DNA from: Desulfobacterales bacterium
GTDB taxonomy: Bacteria > Desulfobacterota > Desulfobacteria > Desulfobacterales > UBA5852
Assembly (NCBI GenBank): GCA_963674755.2
Contig: CAXXVS010000003.1
Coordinates: 1,888,001-1,952,000, forward strand
DNA: 64,000 nt
Direction: 5' to 3'
Shown here: piece by piece, positions 1-8,370 of the stretch
Layout: every line of letters starts with the position of its first letter
Numbering within the stretch: position 1 is the stretch's first letter
The notes under the pieces: generated by a model
Told to the model about the DNA's origin: nothing
Databases searched by the model: none
Seen by the model: only the letters and a program-made list of their open reading frames with translations
Program-made: the position numbers and the translations under genes

Positions 1-204
1 ATTTGTGCGGGGATGATAAAACTAAGTGCCTGAAAATGCGAAAAGTCAGGTTGCGGATGCTTGACGTTGGTTTACACGAGGGGGTTTTCGGGGGGATTTT
101 CAAAGATGGTTTGATGGGATGATAGTTGGTTGAGAACCATTAGCCCACCATATTGGATATGGATGCTTGGTTTTTTTTGGGGGGGGGGGTGACACATAAA
201 GTTG

Positions 205-249
205 CCGGCTGCCAATGTTGCATACTATTTTTGCGACATTGGCAGCCGG
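205..249. terminator. Long stem-loop downstream of ORF 290-778, likely terminator
   Basis: CCGGCTGCCAATGTTGCA ... TGCGACATTGGCAGCCGG inverted repeat, ~18 bp arms with one mismatch. Confidence 0.5.
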
Positions 250-289
250 GTTCGACAAGGTGATTAATTGATTGTGTGGCTCCTAATTT

Positions 290-778
290 TTATGCCTCCG
301 GGAATTTCAAACAATTCTCAATCAACCACTTTTCGCACTCTGCTTTTGAAGCCGGGCCATAAACGGATGAATATATACCAAGGTAGAGTGCATCAGCCGG
401 TATTACAGAACATCCTTCATAATTGTCCCCGGTAGAGGCAGTGAGAGCAATCACTATGAAATTTTCCGGTTCCTTCTGTACTTGGGCCTTTGCAACGGGA
501 TCCCCATTAATAAAAACTGTAACCGTGTCATGAGTATCGTCGGGAATTTTAGAATGCCCTACCCAAGGAACTAAATACATTAGGCACATTTCGAGTCCTG
601 TTCTTGCGGATTCTTCAATGAACACCTGCGCGGATCCAGGATCAGTGACATAAGCAATATTTCCCCCTGGGTACTTGTCTACAACTTTAGCTTCGTAGCA
701 TGAATTCGGAAGACTCCCTGTGACTGTAATGTTTATTATCCCGTTTTTTCTAGCCGCATACGCTTTGACATGATACAT
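290..778 (-). CDS. Hypothetical protein (162 aa), Cys-containing C-terminal subdomain
   Basis: Clean ORF with AAGGAG RBS upstream; low GC; no recognised family. Confidence 0.65.
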   Translation of the reverse strand: MYHVKAYAARKNGIINITVTGSLPNSCYEAKVVDKYPGGNIAYVTDPGSAQVFIEESARTGLEMCLMYLVPWVGHSKIPDDTHDTVTVFINGDPVAKAQVQKEPENFIVIALTASTGDNYEGCSVIPADALYLGIYSSVYGPASKAECEKWLIENCLKFPEA

Positions 779-1241
779 GGCCTTATCTCCTTATTGTATA
801 AATCATGATTTGTAGAAGTTAGCCGCTTTCGGATCAGCGTAGGGGAGGTGTTCTGAGAATCATACAGGAATTGGAATGCGACTTTTCTCAGGTTATTCAA
901 CGCGATTTTAAATCAGAACTGAAAAACTACCTGAAAGATACTCTTTGCGCCATTGCGGCTAAAGGTGGAGGGACCGGCTTGTGTGCGGATCGTAAGATTT
1001 AGAATAAGGCGAAATTCAATGATTGCAAGTGGTCAGGTGATATCCTTGAAATATAGGTAATCCTGATTTTGGGGGCATTTTTGGGGTGTGTGGAGGCGGG
1101 ATCTATTTGAAGATGGGCTGCTGGATGGGTTGGCCTACTTTTTTAATTCGTTTGCGGGGAGTTGGATGATTTCGTCGATGTCGGTTTCGAGGTAATATGT
1201 GATCCAGGCGGCCTCGCGCGTAAGGCTCGCCTTCGACTCAA

Positions 1242-1270
1242 TTGAACATCATGGCTGAAAATGGTATTGT
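1242..1270 (+). promoter_or_regulatory. Putative sigma70 promoter of the DUF488 gene
   Basis: TTGAAC-17 bp-TATTGT with TG extended -10, 24 bp upstream of ATG 1295. Confidence 0.45.
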
Positions 1271-1294
1271 TCCCTAAACTGTGAGGACACGACC

Positions 1295-1741
1295 ATGACA
1301 TTATTTACCATCGGCTACGAGGGGCTCGATCAGCGGCAATTCATGGCACACCTGACCCACCATGATGTGGATGTGGTGGCAGATGTGCGCAAGCTTCCGG
1401 TGAGCCGAAAACGTGGCTTTTCAAAAACAGCGCTGGGGGAAATGCTCAAAGCGCACAATATCAGCTATCTTAATTTCCAGGATTTGGGCGCCCCCAAGCA
1501 TCTCCGGGAGGAACTCTATCGATCTGGTGACTACCAGAGCTTCTTTCTACAATACCGGGACAGCATTGCCGATAATCAGGACGATCTCAAGGCGATCCAC
1601 GCTCTAATTTGTTCCGGCCGAAACGTCACTCTGCTCTGCTTTGAGCGGGATCCCAAAAAATGCCACCGCAAAGTGGTGGCTCAAGAGATAAAAAAAATCG
1701 ACGGAAATGGCCTGAAGGTTAATCACATCGTCCCTATCTAA
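1295..1741 (+). CDS. DUF488 family protein
   Basis: N-terminal FTIGYEG, DVRKLPVSRKRGFSK and C-terminal LLCFERDPKKCHR motifs typical of DUF488; GAGG RBS. Confidence 0.85.
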   Translation: MTLFTIGYEGLDQRQFMAHLTHHDVDVVADVRKLPVSRKRGFSKTALGEMLKAHNISYLNFQDLGAPKHLREELYRSGDYQSFFLQYRDSIADNQDDLKAIHALICSGRNVTLLCFERDPKKCHRKVVAQEIKKIDGNGLKVNHIVPI

Positions 1742-2535
1742 GTGAATAGAGCCATCTGCGCGGTCGCGCGTTTGGGCGGGTAAAAAAATCCAAGGGCACA
1801 GAATATCTTTGGGTATTTAGCCATATTGCCCAGAATGATATGAGTATCACGATTCTCATTGAAAATGTCTCTGTGGATCTTATCCTTGATTTTCGCCTCC
1901 CAATTAGGGTCATACCTTACCCGCCTGTATAGCTGACCAAACTCCCAGTCGAGGATGCTCATTTTGTGCCCTCCGCAAGCAGGGTCGCTGCATGAAAATT
2001 CGATCGATATCCGAATGGGTAGGATATAAAGATCCTTTTTTTCCTCAAACATATCGATCTGACTTATTACACTATCCTTCTTAGTGGTCGCCCCGGCCAC
2101 TTCGTCCTCTTTCCTGGGTTCTATCAACACTCGTTTGAGCATCTTCGGCTTGACCAGTCCCAGGGAGGTCCTTTTATCGACCTGGGCATCACGAAGGGCC
2201 TCAACCGATGGATAAATATTATGCTCATTAAGAATATATGTGGATCGTTCGCTCCAATCATTACCTGGCTCAATAATATCGCCTAGTTCAATGGAGTCCG
2301 GATCAATCGTGTAACTTTCGGGTCGGGGATCCGCTGTTGCCTTATAAATGGTTGCCCTAATCCACTGGTATTTTTTAAACTGTTGTTTTCCTTCAAGATA
2401 GCGGAACCTGATGGGATAAAGGCGTACCAGCGACCGTGACTCAGCCAAAATGCCGGCAGTGCAAACGGTTTCAGTATATTTCCGGCTAATTTCGGGATAC
2501 GTTTTGACAACGATCAGAATGTCCTTTTTGGCCAT
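1738..2535 (-). CDS. Conserved hypothetical protein of the type often found next to DUF488 genes
   Basis: KTYP..S.KY.ETVCTAG, RLYPIRFR, FKKYQWI, DPRPESY and DWEFG motifs; convergent with DUF488, stop codons overlap. Confidence 0.75.
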   Translation of the reverse strand: MAKKDILIVVKTYPEISRKYTETVCTAGILAESRSLVRLYPIRFRYLEGKQQFKKYQWIRATIYKATADPRPESYTIDPDSIELGDIIEPGNDWSERSTYILNEHNIYPSVEALRDAQVDKRTSLGLVKPKMLKRVLIEPRKEDEVAGATTKKDSVISQIDMFEEKKDLYILPIRISIEFSCSDPACGGHKMSILDWEFGQLYRRVRYDPNWEAKIKDKIHRDIFNENRDTHIILGNMAKYPKIFCALGFFYPPKRATAQMALFT

Positions 2536-2604
2536 AGCAACCTTTCCTGGTGACCCACAGAGGAGAGTGGTGAGTTAATTAATAACAATTAAGGTGCGAC
2601 CCTC

Positions 2605-3632
2605 TTAGTCCTCTATTTTTTCTTCTGCCGACACAACAACTTCGGTGACTTCGTATGTCCGTGATCCTTTGAAACTTAGCCATGGACCAACCTCTTTTTG
2701 TGAAACCAACGGTCCAGTATTTTTTGACGGCAAGGATATTTCTGGGCCCCTGAATAGAACAACGTTTTTTCCGCCATATCGTAGGCTGCTGCTAAACTGC
2801 ATTCCGTTGATATAGAAAGGATTGTTTTCCGTATGACACATCAGGTCTTTGAAGTCCCATAATCGCAAAAATTCAGTGAATGCTTGTGTTGGTACATATT
2901 CGATTTCTTGGTCCATTGGTCTTATCGGTCTCGAAATATCGGCGACGAAATCGCGGATAAATGAGACCCATCTTTCATAATTATATGAGTAGTCCTCACA
3001 GAAAATGCTTGGTGCCTCTTGTGTCTTTCCTGACAAATCAATAACTGTTAGAGTCTCATTTGTCTCGAATTCTCCAACAACGACAGCTTCCCCAACGCTT
3101 GGCCTTAATTCGCTTATACAAGTCTCTGGTTCTAATGCACCATAAAAAAATGATATTCCAGCAGGGCTCATCCTGTTATTACAGGCAATCATAGGTGGTG
3201 GGCTTGTTAAGTCTTCATGCTCATATTTTTTGTCGGATTTTAGTATTCTCGCCCTGTAAATCGTTCTGCCTTGATCGAGCATGTTGAAATGTGTGTTGGC
3301 CAAATCGCTGACCAAAGATTTCATGAATTCTGATGGCTTAAATAAATCATAATCGGGCTCAACTTCATTCAAGAACGCGGTGTACCTTCGATTGGTCTTT
3401 ATTATTTTACAGAATTTTTCCCAATGATATATTTCATCTGATTCGCCCCTTGAAGGGCCATATGGGTCTCTTTGAACATAGTGCCCTATCTCATCCGGGA
3501 CAGCCTCGTTAATGAATTTGGCTGAGTCATTTATTTTTTCGCTGAATATCTCTTCTTCCCACATTAAAATCTCGTAAAGAGTATCTGGTGTAATATCGTA
3601 TCCATCATCAGCCGAACAATAGCCAACCTGGT
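2605..3632 (-). pseudogene. RES-domain protein (HEPN/RES N-terminal domain type), probably 5'-truncated
   Basis: IYRARI, NNRMSPAGISFFYGA, EYVPTQAFTEF and GMQFSSS RES motifs. The first ~20 codons of the predicted ORF (3633-3693) are GC-rich and belong to a different gene in another frame. Confidence 0.7.
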
Positions 3633-3772
3633 TTACCGACCACGACCTGGTTGGCCTGGCCGGCGATATCGCCGATATCGACGGTCTTACCATTCCCGCT
3701 CGGTTGACCTAATGCGGGTTCGGCGTCTTTCAGGATTCTTTCGAGTCTTTCCCTGCGGTCTCCTTCGCTCAT
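3608..3772 (-). pseudogene. Truncated small phage-like ORF (MSEGDRRERLERILKDAEPALGQPSGNGKTVDIGDIAGQANQVVVG...), fused to the RES remnant
   Basis: Manual translation, 54 codons; GC drops abruptly at ~3632 and the frame stops a few codons later. Confidence 0.45.
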
Positions 3773-3806
3773 GGGGCCCCCTTTGCAAGGGCAGCGCGAT
3801 GCGCGA

Positions 3807-3983
3807 TCACGCCACGAGCTTCAACAGCCTCTCCACTGTTGCGGTTTCCGGCTTTTCCTCTTTATCCAGATACTCCTCGTACAGATACAGAATCACCTCG
3901 GCTTTCTTCTCGGGCGCCAGGCGGCGCTTGTGGCGCTCCAGCCAGTCCTCCACAACCCGGATCGTGTCGGCCAATAGAGCCAT
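3807..3983 (-). pseudogene. 58-aa ORF resembling the C-terminal part of phage repressor-like proteins (MALLADTIRVVEDWLERHKRRLAPEKKAEVILYLYEEY...VERLLKLVA); no HTH domain
   Basis: Manual translation, below the ORF-track cutoff; in-frame stop 5 codons upstream. Confidence 0.45.
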
Positions 3984-4265
3984 GTCGACTATGGCCTAAT
4001 CTCCCGTCCCCCATATTTATTTCAGGAGCTATTGCCTTGATGGATCAATGACTTGCTATGATTCTTTAGCGAGGCAACTTGAGAATGTCAATGTCTAATA
4101 AATTCAAGATGTCGGGCTATAATACTATCACTAACCCATTTTGCCAATTGAGGAGTCTGCAATATCCAATTATGGATAGCTGGTTGAATATTCACTGTCT
4201 TAGTTGGATGCTATACTAAGCAGAGCGGTCGAAATCATTAAAAATCCATTACCTATTAAACACGT

Positions 4266-4299
4266 AAAAAATCCCCCTCGCCACTTCAGGACGAGGGGG
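4266..4299 (-). terminator. Rho-independent terminator of the leftward AAA/vWA operon
   Basis: CCCCCTCG/CGAGGGGG stem followed by a T-run on the minus strand, just after the ORF ending at 4321. Confidence 0.65.
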
Positions 4300-4320
4300 T
4301 ATGTCATCGCGATTACGGGC

Positions 4321-4512
4321 TCACCGTGCCGAAAAGAACCCGGCCACCTTCTCACCATCCTTGTAGGCCCCATAGCCAATCCCAACCGCCAAGGCGGCTA
4401 ATCCCGTCGCTACGCCGACGGCCACGATCTGGGCAGGGCTTCCCTTGGCGTGCACGATCACCTTTTTGAAGGCCTCCACGGCCACCTGGATCACTTCCAC
4501 CTCGCCTGCCAA
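4321..4512 (-). CDS. Small single-pass membrane protein (63 aa)
   Basis: AAGGAGG RBS then TTG start; hydrophobic segment IVAVGVATGLAALAVGIGYGAY; last gene before the terminator. Confidence 0.55.
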   Translation of the reverse strand: MAGEVEVIQVAVEAFKKVIVHAKGSPAQIVAVGVATGLAALAVGIGYGAYKDGEKVAGFFSAR

Positions 4513-4523
4513 TGGACACCTCC

Positions 4524-5639
4524 TTACGCGTCTATGAGAACCACCTCGCCAAAGGGCACCGAGTGTTGGGCCCGGCCCCACTGCACCCACAGCACCGGAT
4601 AATCCGGGCCAATGTCGGGATAAAGGTTGCACTCAAGGTCCGTTAGGTAGATCAGGCAAGAGGGGTCGATGCCTTCCTTCTCGACCCACTCGAACACGGG
4701 CCTGAAGTCCGTGCCGCCGCCACCTATGAGATCGAGGCCCAGGGGCAGGTCCTGCCTGGTGACATGCTCGTGGCATTGGACCTGGTTGTCGCAGTAAAGG
4801 ATGTCGACTTCGGTGTCGTACTCCTCCAGGATTGATGAGACTTCGACGGCAAAGTGGTCGAGGGTCAAGGCGTCGATGCTGCCCGAGGTGTCCAGGGCGA
4901 TCACGAGACGCCCCAACTCCCGGGAGTTCAAGCCCGGCAGGCAGAGCCCATAGGCGAGATAACGGCGCGCGGGCGGAAGCCAGCTATAATTGTTCCGGGA
5001 GACCCGCTCGATAAACAACCTCAGGTACTCCTGCCAGTCCACGACGGGATCGAGCATGTTTTTTACAAGCCGCCGGATGGCCCGGGGGAGGTTGCCGGCC
5101 GCGCGGGCCTGCTGGGCCGCCTGGGCGATGTTCACCCGCCAGTGCGCCGATACCTGCTTGAACGCGGCTTCTGTATTAACAGGTGCGTCGCGCACCTCGC
5201 CGTCTCCCGCCGGATCCGAAGGCCAGCCGTCGAGCTCCTTCATCTTGGCCGGCAGCCGGTCATAGATCCACTCGGCAGAGTGTCCGGTGTATATCGGATG
5301 CACCAGTTTGCCGTCAGGCAATTTAAGACCGGTCTCCTCCAGGATGGGGTTGATGGCCAGGTCGCAGGCGATGTTCCACCGAAGGGGGTCCCGCTCCTCC
5401 CGGCGGGTGTGGTGCAGACAGGCCAGGTGCATCACCTCATGGGCCACCAGGCCAACGGTGGCCCTTTTGGACAGGCTTTCCGCAAATTCCGGGTTTACCG
5501 CGAGCACCACGCCGTCCGTGTAGGCGGTCTCCATGGAGTCGTCCTCGATGATGACCAAACGCAGCGCCAGGCTTCCTAAGAAGGGCGCATCCAACAGCAG
5601 CTGGGTCCTTGCCCAGGATATTTTGTTTATCGTTCTCAT
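4524..5639 (-). CDS. Metallopeptidase-like (HExxH) plus vWA domain protein (DUF2201-like)
   Basis: TAYTDG, AHEVMH, WNIACDLAIN, vWA DTSGS, GGGGTDFRPVF and YLTDL motifs; ATG 5639 overlaps the upstream stop (ATGA). Confidence 0.85.
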   Translation of the reverse strand: MRTINKISWARTQLLLDAPFLGSLALRLVIIEDDSMETAYTDGVVLAVNPEFAESLSKRATVGLVAHEVMHLACLHHTRREERDPLRWNIACDLAINPILEETGLKLPDGKLVHPIYTGHSAEWIYDRLPAKMKELDGWPSDPAGDGEVRDAPVNTEAAFKQVSAHWRVNIAQAAQQARAAGNLPRAIRRLVKNMLDPVVDWQEYLRLFIERVSRNNYSWLPPARRYLAYGLCLPGLNSRELGRLVIALDTSGSIDALTLDHFAVEVSSILEEYDTEVDILYCDNQVQCHEHVTRQDLPLGLDLIGGGGTDFRPVFEWVEKEGIDPSCLIYLTDLECNLYPDIGPDYPVLWVQWGRAQHSVPFGEVVLIDA

Positions 5640-6493
5640 GCCGCCTCCATGTATCCGTTCATGGCATCGAGGACACCCAGGGCTGCCTGGGCGGTCTGCT
5701 GCCGTACCTGGTGATCCCGGCGAAGCTCCTCCGGGGTGAACCGGCAAAGGTCGGACTCGATCTGCCGGCGCATGTCCTCAAGCTGGGGGTCGTCATACAG
5801 GTTCAACCGGGGAAGCAACTCGGTCAGCCGCACGATGTTGCCGACGAGCGAGTCCCTGAACACCGCGTCCGGATCCGAGAGGCGCTCCACCATGTGACCG
5901 ACCACGGCAAAGAGCCGCTGCCAAAGATCCCGGTGGGCCACGGCATTGGCCGCATCCAGGCGCTCCTCGATGTCCTGCTGAATGGCGGCCACCTCGTCGG
6001 CTGCCAGGTTGACCCGGAAGTCATCGACCTCGGGCACGGGGGTGATCACGGTGCGGAAGGCGAACTTGTCCCGGATCTCGGAGGCCTCCGGGTAGTCCTC
6101 ACGGTTGAAGAGACCGCCCAGCATGCGGCGGGCTTCAAAAATCACCTCGGGATAGCCCCTGACGAAGTTGTCCACCGCGGCTTCGAACTCGGCTTTAAGG
6201 GCCCGCATCTGCCGGGCGTATTCACTGTAGTTGCGGCTGGGGAGGAGCCGTTCGCCTCGTTCACCCCAGGGCAGGGTCTGCTCCTGGTGAAATACACGGG
6301 CGCTGCATACAGCCGTCTGGATGTCCTTCAGGGCCTCTTTTGCGGCCAGCACCTTGTTGAAACGGCCGGCATCGACCTCGCCGCCGTACTGGGCGTTCAC
6401 CTCGCGTGAGACGTTCTTGTCGTGTTTTCTTGCGGACCACTGCTGGATCTGCAAGGCGGCCAGCATGGCCTTTTCCGATATGTCATATGGCAT
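5636..6493 (-). CDS. DUF3150-like helical protein
   Basis: 285 aa; WSARKHD, TLPW...G.RLLP and FNREDYP....IRDKF pattern; lies between AAA and vWA genes. Confidence 0.65.
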   Translation of the reverse strand: MPYDISEKAMLAALQIQQWSARKHDKNVSREVNAQYGGEVDAGRFNKVLAAKEALKDIQTAVCSARVFHQEQTLPWGERGERLLPSRNYSEYARQMRALKAEFEAAVDNFVRGYPEVIFEARRMLGGLFNREDYPEASEIRDKFAFRTVITPVPEVDDFRVNLAADEVAAIQQDIEERLDAANAVAHRDLWQRLFAVVGHMVERLSDPDAVFRDSLVGNIVRLTELLPRLNLYDDPQLEDMRRQIESDLCRFTPEELRRDHQVRQQTAQAALGVLDAMNGYMEAA

Positions 6494-6520
6494 GGTGTAT
6501 ATATCCTTTCTGTTTAGTAA

Positions 6521-7516
6521 TCAGGTCATGACGTTGTGGTGCCGGGCCGCCCACGTGGCATAGGCCCGGGTGTTGACGATGGAAGAATTAAGCCGCTCGC
6601 TATCGGTCAACAGCAGCACCGAGAACTCCTCGGGCAGGTGCGCGGCATAGGTAACCAGCCTATCCATGTTCTCGGGCCTTGCCAGAAGGGCCAGGGCGGC
6701 GCAGACGGCATAGAGCGTTGCCGGGTCCTCCGGCACGAAGGCTTCTTCGGGTTTCATCAGGATGAGCCGCGGGTCCGGCAGCTGACGGCTGATTTTAAGA
6801 AAGCCCATCAGCTCGGCGGCAAAGCCCTCTCCTGCCGCACCGGCATAGGCTTCGAACTCGAGCGTCTCGGGAAGGCCCATCTTCATCAGATGCCCCACGT
6901 TGGCCACCGTGCGGGGGCAGGGGGAGTTCTTCATCTCGGAGGTGGGGTTGAAGTCGAACAGGAGCTGCGGCCGGAACCGGATAAAGGCGATCAGCTCGGG
7001 GGGCAGGTGGTGGGATGTGGCCCAGGCGGCCCACTCCTCCACATCCGGGTCGAGCTCCACGATGGAGACGAAGCGGGACTTCACGGGTTCCAGGATACCG
7101 GCAACACCGGCCTTGTCCCGTTTACGGTTGGTGGCGGCCATGAAGCAGACCTGGTCCGCCACGGCAAAGCCGTTGATGCGGCGTGCCAGAATAAGCTGCA
7201 TGGTCGCGGCCTGGACCGCCGGCGGGGCCTGGCCCAGATCGTCCATGAAGTAGACCGTGGGCTGGTCCGCATCGATCAGCTTCCTCAACGACCCAAAGGG
7301 CAGAAACTCGGCATGGTCCTCCCGGATGGCGGGGAGGCCCTTGTAGTCGATGGGCTCGTCCACCACCGGGTGGCTGATGACAAGATCGGCGCGGGCCGCT
7401 CGCGCAGCCTGGGCGACGAGGTCGGTCTTGCCAACCCCGGGGGGCCCTTTGATTAAGACCGGCAGGCGCGCCGTGATGGCGCCTTCCAGAAGTTCTTGCA
7501 GTTGACTTGGTTTCAT
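6521..7516 (-). CDS. MoxR-like AAA+ ATPase
   Basis: Walker A GPPGVGKT, Walker B YFMDDLGQA, AATNR sensor, KSRF Arg finger, PCPRT; GGAGG RBS. Confidence 0.88.
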   Translation of the reverse strand: MKPSQLQELLEGAITARLPVLIKGPPGVGKTDLVAQAARAARADLVISHPVVDEPIDYKGLPAIREDHAEFLPFGSLRKLIDADQPTVYFMDDLGQAPPAVQAATMQLILARRINGFAVADQVCFMAATNRKRDKAGVAGILEPVKSRFVSIVELDPDVEEWAAWATSHHLPPELIAFIRFRPQLLFDFNPTSEMKNSPCPRTVANVGHLMKMGLPETLEFEAYAGAAGEGFAAELMGFLKISRQLPDPRLILMKPEEAFVPEDPATLYAVCAALALLARPENMDRLVTYAAHLPEEFSVLLLTDSERLNSSIVNTRAYATWAARHHNVMT

Positions 7517-7606
7517 GTGGTGTGTTCCCTCCAGAAACAAAAATACCCGCAGCCATCGTTGATGACCCGGGCGGTTAGGGTAGGGGGTTATGGTTGGTAA
7601 CTTTGG

Positions 7607-8013
7607 CTATGCCGTGTGCCACCTGCTGCAGGCATCGGCATACTCGCAGTCGGTGCACATCCAGCCGCGGTTCGGGATAAAGACACTCGAATCGATGCCG
7701 TGCAGTACGCGGGCGGCGAAGTCGTTCGACAGGGATACCACCTCGCCGGTCTCCTTGGCCCGGGTGATGGCGCTCGATCCGAACTGGGTCTTGGTGATGG
7801 CACCGGTGGAAAGCCGCCCAGCACCAGGATCTCGTTGTGCTGCTCCAGCACGCCGTGCTCGACAACTTCGAAGCTCCAGGCGCCGTCCAGGGCGTCGTTT
7901 AAGCGCTGGATCACGGCATGGCCCTCGACATAGTCGAGTCGGTTGCCGAAGGGGCCCTGCCGCTGGCGGATCTGGGCGGGGTCGAAGGGTTGTTCCAGTA
8001 GGTCACGGTTCAT
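7607..8013 (-). pseudogene. Frameshifted Rad52/Sak-like single-strand annealing gene fused to a PD-(D/E)XK nuclease-like C-terminus
   Basis: LDYVEGHAVIQRLNDALDGAWSFEVV, a frameshift near 7817, then RLSTGAITKTQFGSSAITRAKETGEVVSL joined to ...VFIPNRGWMCTDCEYADACSRW. Confidence 0.7.
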
Positions 8014-8109
8014 GGATGGGTCTCCTTTCTGGGCTAAAAAGCGGGCATGGCGATAGACGTCGCAAGTGGGGTTGGTCAGAGGTGGCGAGCTGTTAAGGGG
8101 CCATGCGGC

Positions 8110-8370
8110 AAGTCCCGGATGAAGGCTTCCTTGAACCCGCCGGCCTTCTTGCCGCGGTAGCGCAGGGCCAGGCGCAGGAACCCGCCGCGGGTCATGACGT
8201 AGGCCCTGCGGGTTTCGTTCTTTTTGTCCCGATAATCAACCGGTCCAAAATTGGATCGGTTAAAATCGTTAGAAACATCAAGTGCTTAGATATCTCGGAT
8301 GACATGTCCGTGCTTCTTGCCAAAGGACTCGGCCACGGCCAGGCTGGTGGTGACGGGGGTGTTGTGGTCC
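8110..8370 (-). pseudogene. Third, degenerate Rha domain
   Basis: NTPVTTSLAVAESFGKKHGHVIRDI*ALDVSNDFNRSNFGPVDYRDKKNETRRAYVMTRGGF...; in-frame TAA at 8286-8288 and out of frame with unit 2. Confidence 0.8.

Noticed and set aside
1..290. Left attachment site of the element
   Set aside because: No copy of the ssrA 3' end (TGGTGGAGGCGGCGGGAGTCGAACC) was found; the boundary must lie outside the window
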